A DNA stretch of 64,000 nt from Octopus vulgaris (GCA_951406725.2 OX597820.1:106702001-106766000), one strand, 5' to 3'; shown: positions 1 to 13,295, counted from the stretch's first letter. Program-made: numbers and translations. Notes: generated from the letters alone by a model not told the origin.

Positions 1-510
1 GATAATCTAATGTAAAAGCCGTGGTAGACGGTATGTGCACACCTCCATCTGGACTATTCCATTTCTGCACGCTAATTGTATTTGTAATTTATTCCCATTC
101 ATGTGAAACCACTTATTCAAGTTCAAGTCACTGATGCAATTTTATACCAATTGCTATTTTTACTTTTGTTATGTTGCGATTATATTATACTTTAGTTTGA
201 TTTTAATTATTATTTACTACATATAATTCAATTGTTATTATTATCTCTAATTTTTATTGTTAAAGTGAAAGTATCTGACATAAAATAGAGAAATGTTTTT
301 GTTTCACTTTTAACACATAATACTGAAATAGTGGAGAAGATATGATATTGCTATGGGCTCGCCCTAGGCAAGAAGTTGAACATTTTTTTTGCCCATGAAA
401 CTACATGGACCCTAAGTAAGGCATGTGTAAAATTTGAATGAAATTGGTTGTGTAGTTCTCAAGTTTTAGGGAAACACACAGACAGACAGACAGACAGACA
501 CACATTCTCA

Positions 511-520
<10 letters not shown>
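1..520 (-). mobile_element. Non-autonomous Helitron-like element, 5' portion (continues left of window)
   Basis: Near-identical to 43555-44227 but has only one of the two ~130-bp subterminal repeat units. Ends in ACAGACAGAC...TTTTATATATA running into (TA)n. Confidence 0.7.

Positions 521-570
<50 letters not shown>
515..570. repeat. (TA)n microsatellite
   Basis: Perfect TA run. Confidence 0.95.
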
Positions 571-577
<7 letters not shown>

Positions 578-835
578 GTGCATGCTATAATAAATGCAAG
601 TATCTGTTTAACCACAAAAGACTCTGAAATGATGTGTCTTTGAGAAAATCAAATTTGATTTCTGAAATTTGTGTCCCAAAGAGAATGTCGTCCATAAATA
701 ATAATATATATTTTGCTAAGAGAAATAACTCAACTTTTACATCTACAAGTCTCCTATTTTCTATCTGCTACAATCAGTGTATCTCTCTATTATTTACCAC
801 ATTCTTTATTATTCTCTCTCTCTCTCACTCACTCA

Positions 836-879
<44 letters not shown>

Positions 880-1823
880 CTCTCTCTCTGTCTATCTCTC
901 ATGCATTGTTTTCATTTTGTATAAAACCTTGTCTTTTAATATTTACTTTCATTTTCATCATAGCTATCATGTATACATCCTGTTTTCTGATTGAGTGAAA
1001 ATTAACAAACCTTAACCCTCAGTTATACTTTCCTGAAATTTTTCGGGAATAAATGAATCACTAACTTGGATTTGACATGAAAATGTACAGCAATATACGA
1101 AATTTGAATATTTTCACTTAATTTTAAAATTTCAAACTCTCTAACAGCAACGGAAAAGATCACTCTTTTTGTCAATGTTTTTCATTTTTCGCTTTTCTCA
1201 TGGTAAACTTTTCCCTTCTCTATATATATATTTACCACATTCTCTCTCACTCTCTGTAAAAGTACACCGCTTATGCTGAGTGTGTGTGTGTGTCAGTGTA
1301 TGGGTATGCATGTGTGTAAAGAATTTCATTAGGGTGACAGTAATTTAAAAACGGTATGTAAAAGATAATTTATTTTAATAGCATATTTTTCTAGTATTAA
1401 AGGATTTTTCTTACACATACACACATGCACACTTGCACACATACACACACATGCATACACACATATGCATACACATGCACACGCACGCACATACACATAC
1501 ACACACACACATTCATGCACACAGACTTGCTTAGTGAGGAGTGGGAGGTTAAAAATTTAAATTACAAAATATTTTTTGTTGCTTAAATATCAACAATGGA
1601 TCACTGCATCATCATTCCATAAAATGTGCTTATTTGGAGAAAAATATTTAAAAAACATCATTACATGTGACAAAGTAACAAGGAAGGTACCAGGTGGTCG
1701 TGGGAAGTACTAGAAGCAACAGCTATATCTCCCTTAAATCACACACCTTTTTATCTCAAAGTTGTTTTGAAATTAAAACAGAAACAAATTACAGATTCAG
1801 ATTGTCCATATTTTAAAACTATG

Positions 1824-2375
1824 ACGCAAAAAATTATAATGGTTAATGACAATTTTGTTTTTTCTGTATATTTGGCATTAGTATTTTTCTTTTGCTCTTA
1901 TTTTTGTAAATTATTTATAAATTTAACCTTTAAAGGTATTTTTTGATATGCTGGCCATTGATAAAATTTTTTTCCTGAAAAAAATTTTATCCCACATTAG
2001 TTATAAATTTAATAGTGTTCACTTCCGAATTCTCTCACTCTGAAAGTTTCTAGTTCGAATCACACGTGTCTCGAGATGTGCCAAAGATTTTCTATTTTGG
2101 ATATATTTGGGGTACTTAAGTCTGCCCAGGACTTAGTGCTTGCTTTTTCCATGGGTATGAGTAAGTATTTCACTTATATCTCACGTATTTGTCGCTGAAG
2201 AAGGGAAAATTCTTATGAATTAACCCCGAAATTGGGACCAATACGGTAATAACGGATTTTTTAGAAATTTCTATCGGCTTGTTTCAAGATGCAAAAAATT
2301 ATAATGGTTAATGACAATTTTGTCTTTTCGGCATATTTGACATTAGGATTTTTCTTTTGCCCTTATTTTTGTATA
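1824..2375 (+). mobile_element. Penelope-like terminal repeat (pLTR) with ~90-bp direct-repeat tail
   Basis: GCAAAAAATTATAATGGTTAATGACAATTTTG... occurs at ~1826 and ~2291 as a direct repeat, with a hammerhead motif between the copies. Confidence 0.55.
2187..2250 (+). ncRNA. Type I hammerhead ribozyme-like motif
   Basis: CUGAAGA-A-GGG..AAUUC/GAAUU..CCCC-GAAA-UUGG(GA)CCAA-UA; stem I UUGUCG/CGGUAA. Core nucleotides are intact. Confidence 0.65.
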
Positions 2376-2442
2376 TGTGTATATATATATATATATGAGT
2401 GTGTGTGTGTGTATATATATATATACACACACACACATACAT

Positions 2443-3324
2443 ATCCAGGGTAAATTGTTGCCATATTATATTTTTAATTTTGTGCATGCACATTGTTTGT
2501 TTTTGATTTTGTCAACAACACAGTATCGTAGGGTCAGATGGGTACCATCTGTGAGAAAAACAGCACCATGATGCAATTCACTCTGCCAGAAATTTGGAAA
2601 TGACATGATGTACTGCTTGGCATTCATGCCAGAAGCTCCAGTATGAACATTGCAGAGTGTTTGGGTGACAATCTGAGGACAGTGCCATATGAGGACATGT
2701 ACCGAGAGTGATAAAATCAAACATCCAGTCAACATCATGGTGTTTGGAGTGATCACTAGTGATGGTGATGTTATGCCTCAGTTCATTTTCCCACATGACC
2801 TCAAATTTAACACGGAGGCCTACTTCAAGTGACTGAAAAAGGTAGTGCTGACCTGGGTCCAGAGGGTGGCTACTGGAAGACCCTGTCTAACAACAAGACT
2901 TTACACCATGCTACACAAGCAGGAGAACCAAGTCATGGCTGTCAAACAATTTCTGCAACCACATCACCCTTAACATCTGGCCACCTAACTCCACAGACTG
3001 CAACCCACTTGATTATTATGTGTGGAATGCAGTTGAGCGAGAGATCAACAAAGTTCCTTGTAACACCAAAGAGGAACTAAAGGCAAGAATTATAGCAGCA
3101 TTCACCAACTTAAATAAGGAGACCCTCCTGAAAAGTTGGAGTAGATTCAGAAGTCGTCCGAAGGCCAAGGTTGAAGCCAATGGTGATTTTATTGAATAAA
3201 TTTACTCTTTAGTATTTCAAGATATTTTTATGTAATTTTGGTAAATATATCTGTTAAAATGAGATGTTAGTATTATTTTCATTTTTGCATAATTTAAATG
3301 ACAGTTTATTCACTGCACCTTGTA
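2443..3324 (+). mobile_element. Decayed Tc1/mariner-superfamily (maT/DD37D-like) DNA transposon
   Basis: Frameshifted transposase pieces MVFGVITSDGDVMPQFIF and IWPPNSTDCNPLDYYVWNAVE (WPPNSPDLNPLDY-type). Flanked by TA runs. Confidence 0.8.
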
Positions 3325-3362
3325 TATATGTATATATGCGTATATATGTGTATATATGTGTA

Positions 3363-3415
<53 letters not shown>

Positions 3416-3454
3416 TAGCTCAGTATCCTGTCATTGCCAAGTATTGAAGTTTGT

Positions 3455-4160
3455 ATACTTCACTGGATGTGCAATGTCAGTGTGTGCATGTACAACAGAG
3501 TCTAAGCATCTTGAGAGAAAAACTGAGCATAAGAGGTATCAGATGTGGTGTGCAAGAGAGACAACTGCACTGGTATGGGCATGTGATGCATATGGATAAG
3601 GACAGCTGTGTAAGAAAGTACCAGTCTCTAACTGTGGAGGGAATCTGTGGGAGAGGTAGACACAGAATGATATGGGACAAGGTAGTTAAGCATGATCTTC
3701 AAATGTTGGGCCTCACAGAGGCACAGACTAGTGACCAAGAACTTTGGTGATATGCCATACTTGAGAAGACTTATCAAGCCAAATAGAACTGTAATCGCAG
3801 CCAATGCCAGTGTCACATAGTAGGTACCCATAAAAAGCACCCTTCGAATGTGGGGCCTCATGGAAGCAATGATAAGTGACCGAGACCTTTGGTGATACAC
3901 CTTGCTTGAGAAGATTCATCAAGCCAAGTGAAAGCATAGTTGTGGCCAATGCTGGTTTCACATGACTGGCACCTGTGCCAGTGGCACATAAAAGGTACCT
4001 ATTACACTCTTGGAGTGGTTGGCATTAGGAAGGGCATCCAGCCATAGAAACCATGCCAAATCAGATTGGAACTTAGTGCAGCTTTCCAGCTTACTAGTTT
4101 CAGTCAAACCATCTAACCCATGCCAGCATGGAAAACAGACACTAAATGACAATGATGATG
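3455..4160 (+). mobile_element. RTE-clade LINE 3' fragment with 3' UTR and (GAT)n tail
   Basis: LREKLSIRGIRCGVQERQLHWYGHVMHM...GRGR..WDKVVKHDL, then the GGCATTAGGAAGGGCATCC 3' motif and GATGATGA. Confidence 0.85.
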
Positions 4161-4480
4161 AACACAAATTGGTTTAAAGTTCTACTGCAGCTGTCTCAAA
4201 TGCTTTCTTTAATGATGAATAGCTTGATTACAATGACTGCATCATAAAAACACTGTTTTCCTCAGATGATCAAAATTTAGTTCAGAGAATAGATTAGGAA
4301 ATGTAGAACAATCTCTTTGTAAGCCATCTTCAAAACCATCCAACCCATGCCTGTATGAAAACAGATGTTACTTCCTAATGATGATGATGAAGAGAAAGAT
4401 GATGAAGATGATGATGATGACAATGATGACATTTAATACAGTCCATACACACATGCACATGCAGACGCATATACACGCAT

Positions 4481-4518
<38 letters not shown>

Positions 4519-4879
4519 TTGTTGCAGTGCACCTGAGCATTATTTACAATAAGGTCATTATTATTACAGGGTTTCCCCACCCATATTCGATATTATCAGC
4601 TTCACTCTTGTCAACATCAGTCTAAATTTTGTTCTTGTTGGATTTGATTAAGTTGTTTTCAATCTTGATTTCATAATTGTTAACTTCAATTTTGGTTATC
4701 ATTAACTTAAATATTATCACTGCTGGACAGAGTGAATTTTTTTATGAACAGACATTAACATCAGTGATAACTTATCACAGAATTGTAAAAGAATTTAAAT
4801 ATGAAATGTTTTGTGAAGGATTACAAGTTTTGTATAATATAAATTGTTGTGTTTTACATCATCATCATCTTCTTCTTCT

Positions 4880-5100
4880 CCATGCTGGTCGTCTTCTGGG
4901 TATCCACTTAGCCCTGATCCTGAAGTTGTAACTACTAATCTATATTGTGGAGTGCATTCTCCACTTAGGAACATCTTGGCATTTATTAGTAGCTATCTTT
5001 CCTGTTTCCTGGTGAGGATGTAATCAATTTGTCTAGTGTGTCCACCAGATCGGTATGTGAATAGGTGACTGGCAGGTTTCCTGAAGTTAGTATTACAAAC
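4880..5100 (-). mobile_element. RTE LINE AP-endonuclease fragment
   Basis: Minus strand reads NTNFRKPASHLFTYRSGGHTRQIDYILTRK, matching the endonuclease at 54076-54981. Confidence 0.65.
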
Positions 5101-5453
5101 TAATATATGCATTTAGTACGTTAGAGGTAACCCTTATATACTATACTATATATACAACATGACAGAGGCAGAAATATATCCTTCAAAACTTCCATGCTTC
5201 CTGAAATTCATCAACACTATTCCTGATGTACCTATACAACTGTCCCTCTTTATGGCTCTTTTAATGTCTATTTTTCCTGTCTGTGTTTTATCCTGTATAC
5301 TATGGATGTGCATCTAGCTTTCATAGCTGTTTTTCTTTACTTGACTTACTGCTATTTTCTGTCCCCTATTTTGACCTTTTCCAATGAGCTATAGTGGATC
5401 TAAGTACCGTATACCATAAGCTCATTATTATTATAACAGTTGGTCTTTTTTAA

Positions 5454-5670
5454 AGGCAGTGAGCTGGCAGAATTGTTAGCATATCTGACAAAATGCTTAG
5501 TGGCATCTCATCTATCATTCTGAGCTCAAATTCCAACAAGGTCAACTTTGCCTTTCATCCTTTCAGAGTCAATAGAATAAATAGCAGTTGAGCACAAGGG
5601 CCAATGTAATTGATTAGCCCCTTCACCCAATATTTCAGGCTTTGTGTCTATAATAGAAAGGATTATTATA
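5454..5670 (+). mobile_element. SINE (family B: GGCGGTGAGCTGGCAGAA...GAGTTCAAATT...GGGGTCGATAAAATAAGTACCAG)
   Basis: Pol III A/B-box-like motifs. Other copies at 7625-7830, 12630-12845 and 63740-63930 (minus). Confidence 0.7.
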
Positions 5671-6019
5671 ACAGTTCATTTTGAAGGAGTCCTTACTTCA
5701 CTTTGTCACTTGTCCTTCCTGTAAACTGTCTCATTATTCCACTGTCATCTTTCTTCTGTCCTCCCCCTTTTAACTGTATCATCATTACTATCCTACTATT
5801 CTCCCCCACTCTCTCCTACCATCCCCAACCCATTTATCACTAGTCACTAAACACTCCCTACATCCACCCTTCAATCCAAGTCAATTTTTAAACTTGTCAC
5901 CTATCTTCCATCCTGCCACCCATCTCTTGCTTCCCTAAACACTTTTGCAAACTCTCATCCATTCACACTAGTTCCTCTGTCCCAGCACACTTCTACTCAC
6001 CTCCTCACAACTGGCACTC

Positions 6020-6600
6020 AGCTTGATAGTGACTACCTGTGCATCGGCATTTCCCTGAGGCTTGGTCTCCAGATCTGTGAGCCTCATGAATACTGCTGTG
6101 GATCCACTGTGGATTCTTTTGGCCTCCACCCACTGTCATGTTGTCCATGCCATGCTGCCCTTAACAAGCTCATAAAGCATGGCCTAGATGTCACAGGCTT
6201 CCCTTCCCAGCTCAAGCCAGCAAGGCTAGACCAAGGGGACTGTAAAAGGCCAGGCGGCATGACAGTGTTCCTGTTCCAATGTAGTAGGCTCCTTATCTGG
6301 GATGCCACATCCTGTGACATCTTCTTCAGCAGTAACTTGGTATTGTCAGTTACCAGCCCAGCCTCTGCTGCTCATCAGAAAAGTAAACTGTCAAGGCATC
6401 AGTCTGGGTTTATGGTCAAGCCTGTGGCAGCTGAAACCTCCAGCATTCTTCGCCCCAGACCATATCCCTGCCCACCCGTATCAGGGGTGGAGATTGTTGT
6501 CCACATGTGCAAGCCCTGTGAGTCAGAGTGACTGTTCCAGTGCATCTCCTTCACAATGCCTTTTCCATTTTGTCTGCTGGTGCCATGAGAAATGTTTCTA
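6020..6600 (+). mobile_element. CRE-like non-LTR retrotransposon, restriction-like endonuclease fragment
   Basis: GLHPLSCC..HAALNKLIK..GFPSQLKP.RL.QGDCKRPGGMTVF...LLIWDAT resembles the H..SC / RH..LN / KRPDG / WDAT RLE signature. Confidence 0.7.
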
Positions 6601-7039
6601 TATTGTGAGATGCAAGATTCTCCATTAATCCTTCTAGTTAATAGACTATTCTACGACATAGTGCTGCACTATCAGGAATCACGTGTGCAATTGATACTTA
6701 CAATCAATTTCTCTACAATGAGATAATACTTTTAGTCTTTTTTTTATTAGAAGCTGATCAAATAGTTGATTAAAATGACAAGTTTTATAAATTTGTTTTA
6801 CAATTCCAAGGGAAGATGGCTTTACCTTGAGGAGATCCTTGGGCTTGTAGCTCCTACTGTTCATTCTCACTCTCTCTCAAAAAAAGTGAGTAAAAATGTT
6901 TCTCTCCTACAAGAACCCAATCGTCTCTCCCTCCTTCCCTCCTCCCATATTCTAGACCCTCAGATTCTTCAGACAGAACCCATCAGATCTTGTCAAACCA
7001 TCCAACCCATGCTAGCATGGAAAACGATCTTTAAGTAAT

Positions 7040-7280
7040 GATGATGGGGGTGGTGGTGGTGGTGGTGGTGAGGAGGAGGAGGAGGAGGAAGAGGAGGGGA
7101 GGGGAAAGAGAGGAGGAGAAAGAGGAGGAGGAGAAAAAGAGGCGGAGAAAGGGGAGGAGAAGAAAGAGGAGGAGGGTGAGAAAGAGAGGCGGAGAAAGAG
7201 GAGGAGGAGAAAGAGGAGGAGGAGAAAGAGAGGAGGAGAAAGAGGAGGAGAAAGAGAGGAGGAGGAGGGTGAGGAGGAGG
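7040..7280. repeat. (GGT)n/(GGA)n purine-rich low-complexity tract
   Basis: Degenerate GAGGAGGAGAAA repeats. Confidence 0.9.
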
Positions 7281-7404
7281 ATAAAACAACATACACAAAC
7301 ACTCATACACACATACACATGAATATACACAGACATTCAAAAATACTGGCAACACCTTGAATCTATCCATAATGGAAATAAGACACATAAAAAGTAATAC
7401 AAAC

Positions 7405-7497
7405 CAATTTAGAAGTTTTTCTGTTGAGGTTCTTAGTAACCCACTGATTAGGAAATATAGAAGTGGTTTCAAAGTCTCCTTTGTTACTGAAATAAAC
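7405..7497 (-). CDS. UPF0489/C5orf22-like gene B, coding exon 3 (93 nt, phase 0/0): VYFSNKGDFETTSIFPNQWVTKNLNRKTSKL
   Basis: Acceptor tattttccag|GTT and donor TTG|gtttgtat. Aligns with gene A exon IHIDSKADFGMPSLFP, and the donor flank gtttgtat(c/t)actttt is shared with gene A. Confidence 0.75.
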
Positions 7498-7624
7498 CTG
7501 GAAAATATCAATACAATATAAATGATACAGAAAACATGAACTTAAAGATTGTGTTGCAAGTTAAGGTTTATATAGAATTTCGTCAACACTTGACTAAACT
7601 CTAAACAATATTTCACACCTAATA

Positions 7625-7830
7625 AGGCGGTGAGCTGCCAGAATTGTTAACATGCTGGGCGAAATGCTTAGCAGTTTTTCATCTGTCTTTGTGTTCTGAG
7701 TTCAAATTTTGCTGAGGTCAACTTTGCTTTTCAGGGTTGATAAAATATGTATCAGTTAAACACTGAGGTCGGTGTAATTGACTTACTTCCTTGCTTGGAC
7801 TTGATGGCCATGTGCCAAAATTTGAAATCA
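7625..7830 (+). mobile_element. SINE family B copy
   Basis: Similar to 5454-5670. Confidence 0.7.
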
Positions 7831-7851
7831 ATATTTCACAGCTAATACAAG

Positions 7852-8010
7852 GATGGAGGTGTGGCTGAATGATTAAGAAATCTGATTCCCAATCACATGG
7901 TTTTGAGTGTCTCTACATGACACTTTGGGCAAATGCTTGCTACTATGGCCCCAGGGTGACTGAAGTCTCGTGAGTGGATTTTATGGATGGAAACTGAAAG
8001 AAGCCCATTG
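7852..8010 (+). mobile_element. tRNA-derived SINE family A, truncated
   Basis: Similar to the 5' part of 10087-10496. Confidence 0.6.
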
Positions 8011-9724
8011 TCGTCATCATCATTGTTTAATGTTCACTTTTCCATGCTCATATGAATAAGCTGGAATTCAGTGAACTAAAAAACTGATCAACTGAAATTA
8101 TTCAAATAATTACTAGACAAAAAAACTCCTTCTAGAAGCATTTAAAACCTAAAAATAACAAAGGAAGGAAATAACTGCAATAAGATGAGTTTATCAAATA
8201 ATTTGAACAAAGTAGTCAATATAGAAGATAAAAGTACATCTGGTGTTTAAAACCAACTTATAAAAGTAACATCCAAGTTTTTTCAGTTGTAGTTCACCTC
8301 AGGGAAGCATATTCTATTAATTTGTCACAACTAGAAGTGGTCATACTTAGCCTTTAATATGGAGCATATTCATACATTTCATACTGTCACTGCTTTCATA
8401 GATGAGTTAAATTTACTAGATACACTAAACTGCTGTAAACATCAGGTACATTTTTTAAACAACCTCAACAAGTACAGCAAAAATTGGATCAAATGGATGC
8501 CACTGTTTCTGGTTTATTAAATCAACAGCAGTAATCAAACACTACATTTTACAGCTTCCAGCTTCTGTGAAATTGCATTTAAAGCCAGAGTTGTAACATT
8601 TATAGGTAAATCAGGCAAAATAATTTTAATATTAAACACATTTTCTGGAAATTAGTCTTGTTATGTGTATTCTAAAAGACATTCTCTTATTTGAAGCTCT
8701 GAGAGTGAATTTGAAGGAAACTCCTTGATCACTAGCTTGAACTTGATATACAACTCAGAGTCCTCACTACCCTAACCACTGGCTAGAAGCTGGAACATGC
8801 AGAAAATTCAACCACACATCCATTCTAGCTGACCCCAACAGCTAGAATAGCTTCTCAAATTTCCTTCTTTCTCACCTGACATCATTTTCCTTTTGGCTTC
8901 CAATCATATTCCTTAGCCATTTCCTTCCTTTCACCTGACATCTTTGGTACATGATCCACTATACCACAAGCCCTCCTGATTTAAAGATCACTTCACAAAA
9001 CCCTCATTCTATTTCAAAGTTGTGCACCCATCTCCGTAGATGTCACTCTCATTGTGACCTTTGTAAATTCATGGTGCTAGTCTCACCCTCATCTTGTCCT
9101 TCATCACACTGCATTCCATCAATTCTACTCCCATCTTACCAACTGATCGCATCCATTCCTTCTACTATATCAACACTATCCGCAACCTTGTTATTCATAA
9201 TTGCTTCTCATTGACATTCTCTGTATCACCATCTCCACTATACTAATACCTTTACACTTAATCTTCTTTCCATTTACTACCCTTAAGCTGGTTATTTCAC
9301 TCCAACTTTCAACCATCTCTTAGGTCATTAAGGTTATTGTGCAGCCTATGTCAAACAGAACAGACATTTACAATTGTTTTATTAATCTAGTAAATTTGAT
9401 TGATTTACAAAAGAAGTAAAACCTATGAATATATTCTATAGTATGAAAAATTAACACTGCTAACACAAGTAATTTATGCAAGAGTAATTGATATACACAA
9501 AAATAGTAATGAGTATAGTGGGTTTGATTATAATTACAAACAATATTAATGAGAGCAAACATCTCAGGAAAATATTTGCATACTAGACACATATATTGTA
9601 AAGTCTCACATACCTAAGACATTGAGCTGAAAAATTATACTACAATTTTGCCATTAATTCTAATTGCTTGATTGATCTCAGATGATCAAAACTTTTCATT
9701 AACTTAATTTATTTATGTGAGACT

Positions 9725-10004
9725 TCACCATATATCATCATCATCATCATCATCATCATCATTGTTTAACGTCCGTTTTCCATGCTGGCATGGGTTGGAC
9801 GGTTTGACTGATGTCTGCAGAACCAGTGGCTGCACCAGGATCCAATCTGATCTGGCAATGTTTTTACAGCTGGATGCCCTTCCTAACGCCAACCACTCCA
9901 AGAGTGTAGTGGATGCTTTTTTACATGCCTGGCATCAATCACGTTCGGATAGTGCTTTTTACGTACCACCAGCATGGGGGCCAGTCAGAGGATACTGGCA
10001 TCGG

Positions 10005-10005
<1 letters not shown>
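9725..10005 (-). mobile_element. RTE LINE 3' UTR fragment
   Basis: (CAT)n followed by TTTAACGTCCGTTTTCCATGCTGGCATGGGTTGGACG...GGATGCCCTTCCTAACGCCAACC. Confidence 0.8.
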
Positions 10006-10078
<73 letters not shown>

Positions 10079-10086
10079 GAGTGTAT

Positions 10087-10496
10087 AGGCGCAGGAGTGG
10101 CTGTGTGGTAAGTAGCTTGCTAACCAACCATATGGTTCCGGGCTCAGTCCCACTGCGTGGCATCTTGGGCAAGTGTCTTCTACAATAGCCCCGGGCTGAC
10201 CAATGCCTTGTGAGTGGATTTGGTAGACGGAAACTGAAAGAAGCCTGTTGTATATATGTATATATATATATGTATGTGTGTGTATATGTTTGTGTGTCTG
10301 TGTTTGTCCCCCTAGCATTGCTTGACAACTGATGCTGGTGTGTTTACGTCCCCGTCACTTAGCGGTTCGGCAAAAGAGACCGATAGAATAAGTACTGGGC
10401 TTACAAAGAATAAGTTCCAGGGTCGATTTGCTCGACTAAAGGCGGTGCTCCAGCATGGCCGCAGTCAAATGACTGAAACAAGTAAAAGAGTAAAAG
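10087..10496 (+). mobile_element. tRNA-derived SINE family A, full length
   Basis: A box TGGCTGTGTGG, B-box-like GGCTCAGTCCC, core TTGGGCAAGTGTCTT, internal TA/TG tract and (GTAAAAGA) tail. Other copies at 57585-58010 and 59143-59500. Confidence 0.8.
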
Positions 10497-11282
10497 CGAG
10501 TACATTGCCATAATCTATCAGGTTAAAAATATAGAAATTTGTTGTGGGAGCCAAGATCTTAAATATCTATCCAGTTTTGCATAAATGATAAGTGTGTCAA
10601 TAAAACTAGAAATTTGTTTTTCTTTAAAAACATAACTTTTACCAAATCCAGTCATGTACAGATAACTTGAATGCTTTCTTTAAAGCCATGGAAGCAAATA
10701 GGAAGGGAGAAACAGAAGAAATATTTTACTAGCTTGCTCTTTTCTGTTATGTTTTTTTAAACTAAACACAAAGTATACTGATATATATAGATACACACAC
10801 ACACACACACACAAACACACAGACACATATATATATATATTACATGTTCATAGGATCCCAGTAATCTCTCATTTATATACCAGTCTATTTCCCAATAAAT
10901 GACATTAGTTTATGGCAGCATTAAGTCTATGGAAGACTAAAAGATTATCTTATGAACAACATTGGCTTATAGCTGTTCTGTTATAAGATGCAGTGAACTC
11001 ATAGCTGAGTGCCTGAATAACCCCTAATTGCTTCATTGGAGCCTTGAATATGAAGTGCAATTTATTTGCGAAATAATTACATTTGCACCTATATAGGGAA
11101 TGACATCAACAATGAGAAAGTCAATACAGCAATGCCTAAGTGAAGACTAAAGGTTAAAAAATATTTCATTAAAACATCTAGATGGTTTGGATAGAACTTT
11201 AAAAATTATTTCCACAATTGTTATGTACAGTTTTATTGAGAAAGCATAGTTATCAATTCAGACAAGATTAATAAAGACATAC

Positions 11283-11344
11283 CAACGTGTTTCCATCGTT
11301 TCTTATAATCCCTGCATTCTGAGCATCAGCCCAGTATGATAATG
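11283..11344 (-). CDS. UPF0489/C5orf22-like gene B, coding exon 2 (62 nt, phase 1/0): (A)LSYWADAQNAGIIRNDGNTL
   Basis: Polypyrimidine acceptor ttactttttcag|CA and donor TTG|gtatgt. Phases fit both neighbouring exons. Corresponds to the family segment between the EDH and H.DSH motifs. Confidence 0.8.
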
Positions 11345-11539
11345 CTGAAAAAGTAAGAAAGTAAACAACAATGTATTTTTTTGATTTGGCAACTATATAA
11401 GACTATTTTGTTTGAAATATGTTGTAATTTAAACAAAATGTCCAACATTGAGTCTGCTTAATCTTTCAATTTCTTTTCTCAACACTTAATTCTCCTTACT
11501 TCTGCACGGTTTCAACAAGAGAACATAAACCAGAGTTTC

Positions 11540-12150
11540 AATGGCATATCAGTGGCTGAGATAACAACACTCCACCTGAATGGGATGCTGGTCTGTCTCA
11601 GGGTTGACTTTCCAGGTGTTGTTGGAATTCATTTACAGTTGAATGGACTGGAGCAATGTGAAATGAGATATTTTGCTCAAGAACACAATGCACCACCTGG
11701 TCCAGGAATCAAAACTACTATCTTATGATCATAAGTGCAACACCTGAAACCCTGGGCCAAACACCTTCAGACTTAAAAGGTAACTCTTAATTAAAATCAT
11801 GGAAATCTTTCCAAGCTCTTTGTCTCAGTATAAAATATTAATCTCAAAAATATAGAACCAACTGACACTCCATTGGTTAGGGCAATGAGGGTTCCAGTTG
11901 ATCCGGTCATTGGAACAACCTGCTCATGAAATTAACATGCATGTGGCTGAGCACTCCACAAACATATGTACTCTTAACATAGTTCTCAGGGAGATTCAGC
12001 ATGACACAGACTGTGACAAGGCTGACCCTTTGAATTATTGGTACAACTCATTTTTACCAGCTAAATGGAGTGGAGCAACGTGAAATAAAGTGTCTTGCCC
12101 TTACAATCATGAGCTGAATACCCTAACCACTAAGCCACACACCTTCACAA
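11540..12150 (-). mobile_element. Two decayed SINE copies (GGAGCAAYGTGAAAT...CTTGCYCAAG core)
   Basis: Shared core at ~11650-11700 and ~12070-12100, in reverse orientation with tRNA-like heads. Confidence 0.55.
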
Positions 12151-12629
12151 ATATAGAATAGACAAAATACATTTCAAAAAGTTGGGCCTTTTTATTTGGC
12201 TCAGGAAATACTTCACCTGCTGACCCTCTACAAGAGACAAATTTGTTTCATGCTCAGTACTGCTCATAACCCACTGATGCTGATTTTCTGTGCCATATAA
12301 CATTAAGTACAATCTTCAAAAGTAGCCAGCTGGGGAACGTTAATTCTTAATTCCAATTTTCCAATCTTTCATAATTTTGTTTTTAGTATTCTGTTTCATT
12401 TCCAAACCTTACACCAAACACTTCATTCAACTAATGCTTTATTTCAGGAATTGCAATATTTTGAAAATTCCAAATTCCAACTTCTTAGGGTAATCTGCTT
12501 GTTATTCTGTGTATGAAAAGAATAACAAAATTTATTTACATCTGTTTACTTTTCATCATGTAGGTCTTATTAACTATTGGTTAACTGCATTAGATTAATT
12601 TTATATTTTCTAATATTTACTGTCTGTTA

Positions 12630-12845
12630 AGGCAGCAAGCTGGCAGAATCATAAGTGCACCAGGCAAAGTGCTTAGCGGCATTCTGTCCTTCTTCACATT
12701 CTGAGTTCAAATTACATTGAGGTTGACTTTGCCTTTCATTCATCTGGGGTCGATAAAATAAGTACCAGTTGAGTACTGGGGTCAATATAATCAATTTACC
12801 CCCTCTCCAGAAATTGCTGGCCTTCTGCCAAAATTTGAAATCAAT
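12630..12845 (+). mobile_element. SINE family B copy
   Basis: Similar to 5454-5670. Confidence 0.7.
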
Positions 12846-12984
12846 ATATGCTGTTTGTGCATAAAATACCGATTGCACACACACAAATACACCCCACTCA
12901 CACACTACTTTACATTTTATTCAGTCCCTCACAGCCCCATCACCAATTTCACCATCAGAATAGAAAAGCTTTTCGTGATAATAT

Positions 12985-13295
12985 CACCTATCTATCTATC
13001 TTATAGGTACTAATGGTAAATAACCTTAAATTTCTGTCGGAAAAATTAAGTGTCTCTCCCTATCAATTGATCTATCTATCATGCAAATACTAATGGTAAA
13101 TAACCTTAAATTTCAGCCAGAGATATTATGAAGGGATTCTCTATCAATCGATCTATATAGTTAATATATGTATTGATGGTAAATAACTTTCAATTTCTTT
13201 CAAAGATATTTTGTAGGGTCTTTTTATCGATCTATTTATATTTTTAGCAGTAATGGTAAATACGTCTTTAATTCTCATCAAGGATATTATGAAAG
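12985..13295. repeat. Degenerate ~80-bp minisatellite, ~4 units
   Basis: Recurrent TAATGGTAAATAACCTTAAATTTC...ATCGATCTAT. Confidence 0.8.

Noticed and set aside
6993-7511. 172-aa minus-strand ORF
   Set aside because: Mostly GGA-repeat translation. The real exon (7405-7497) is in a different frame.
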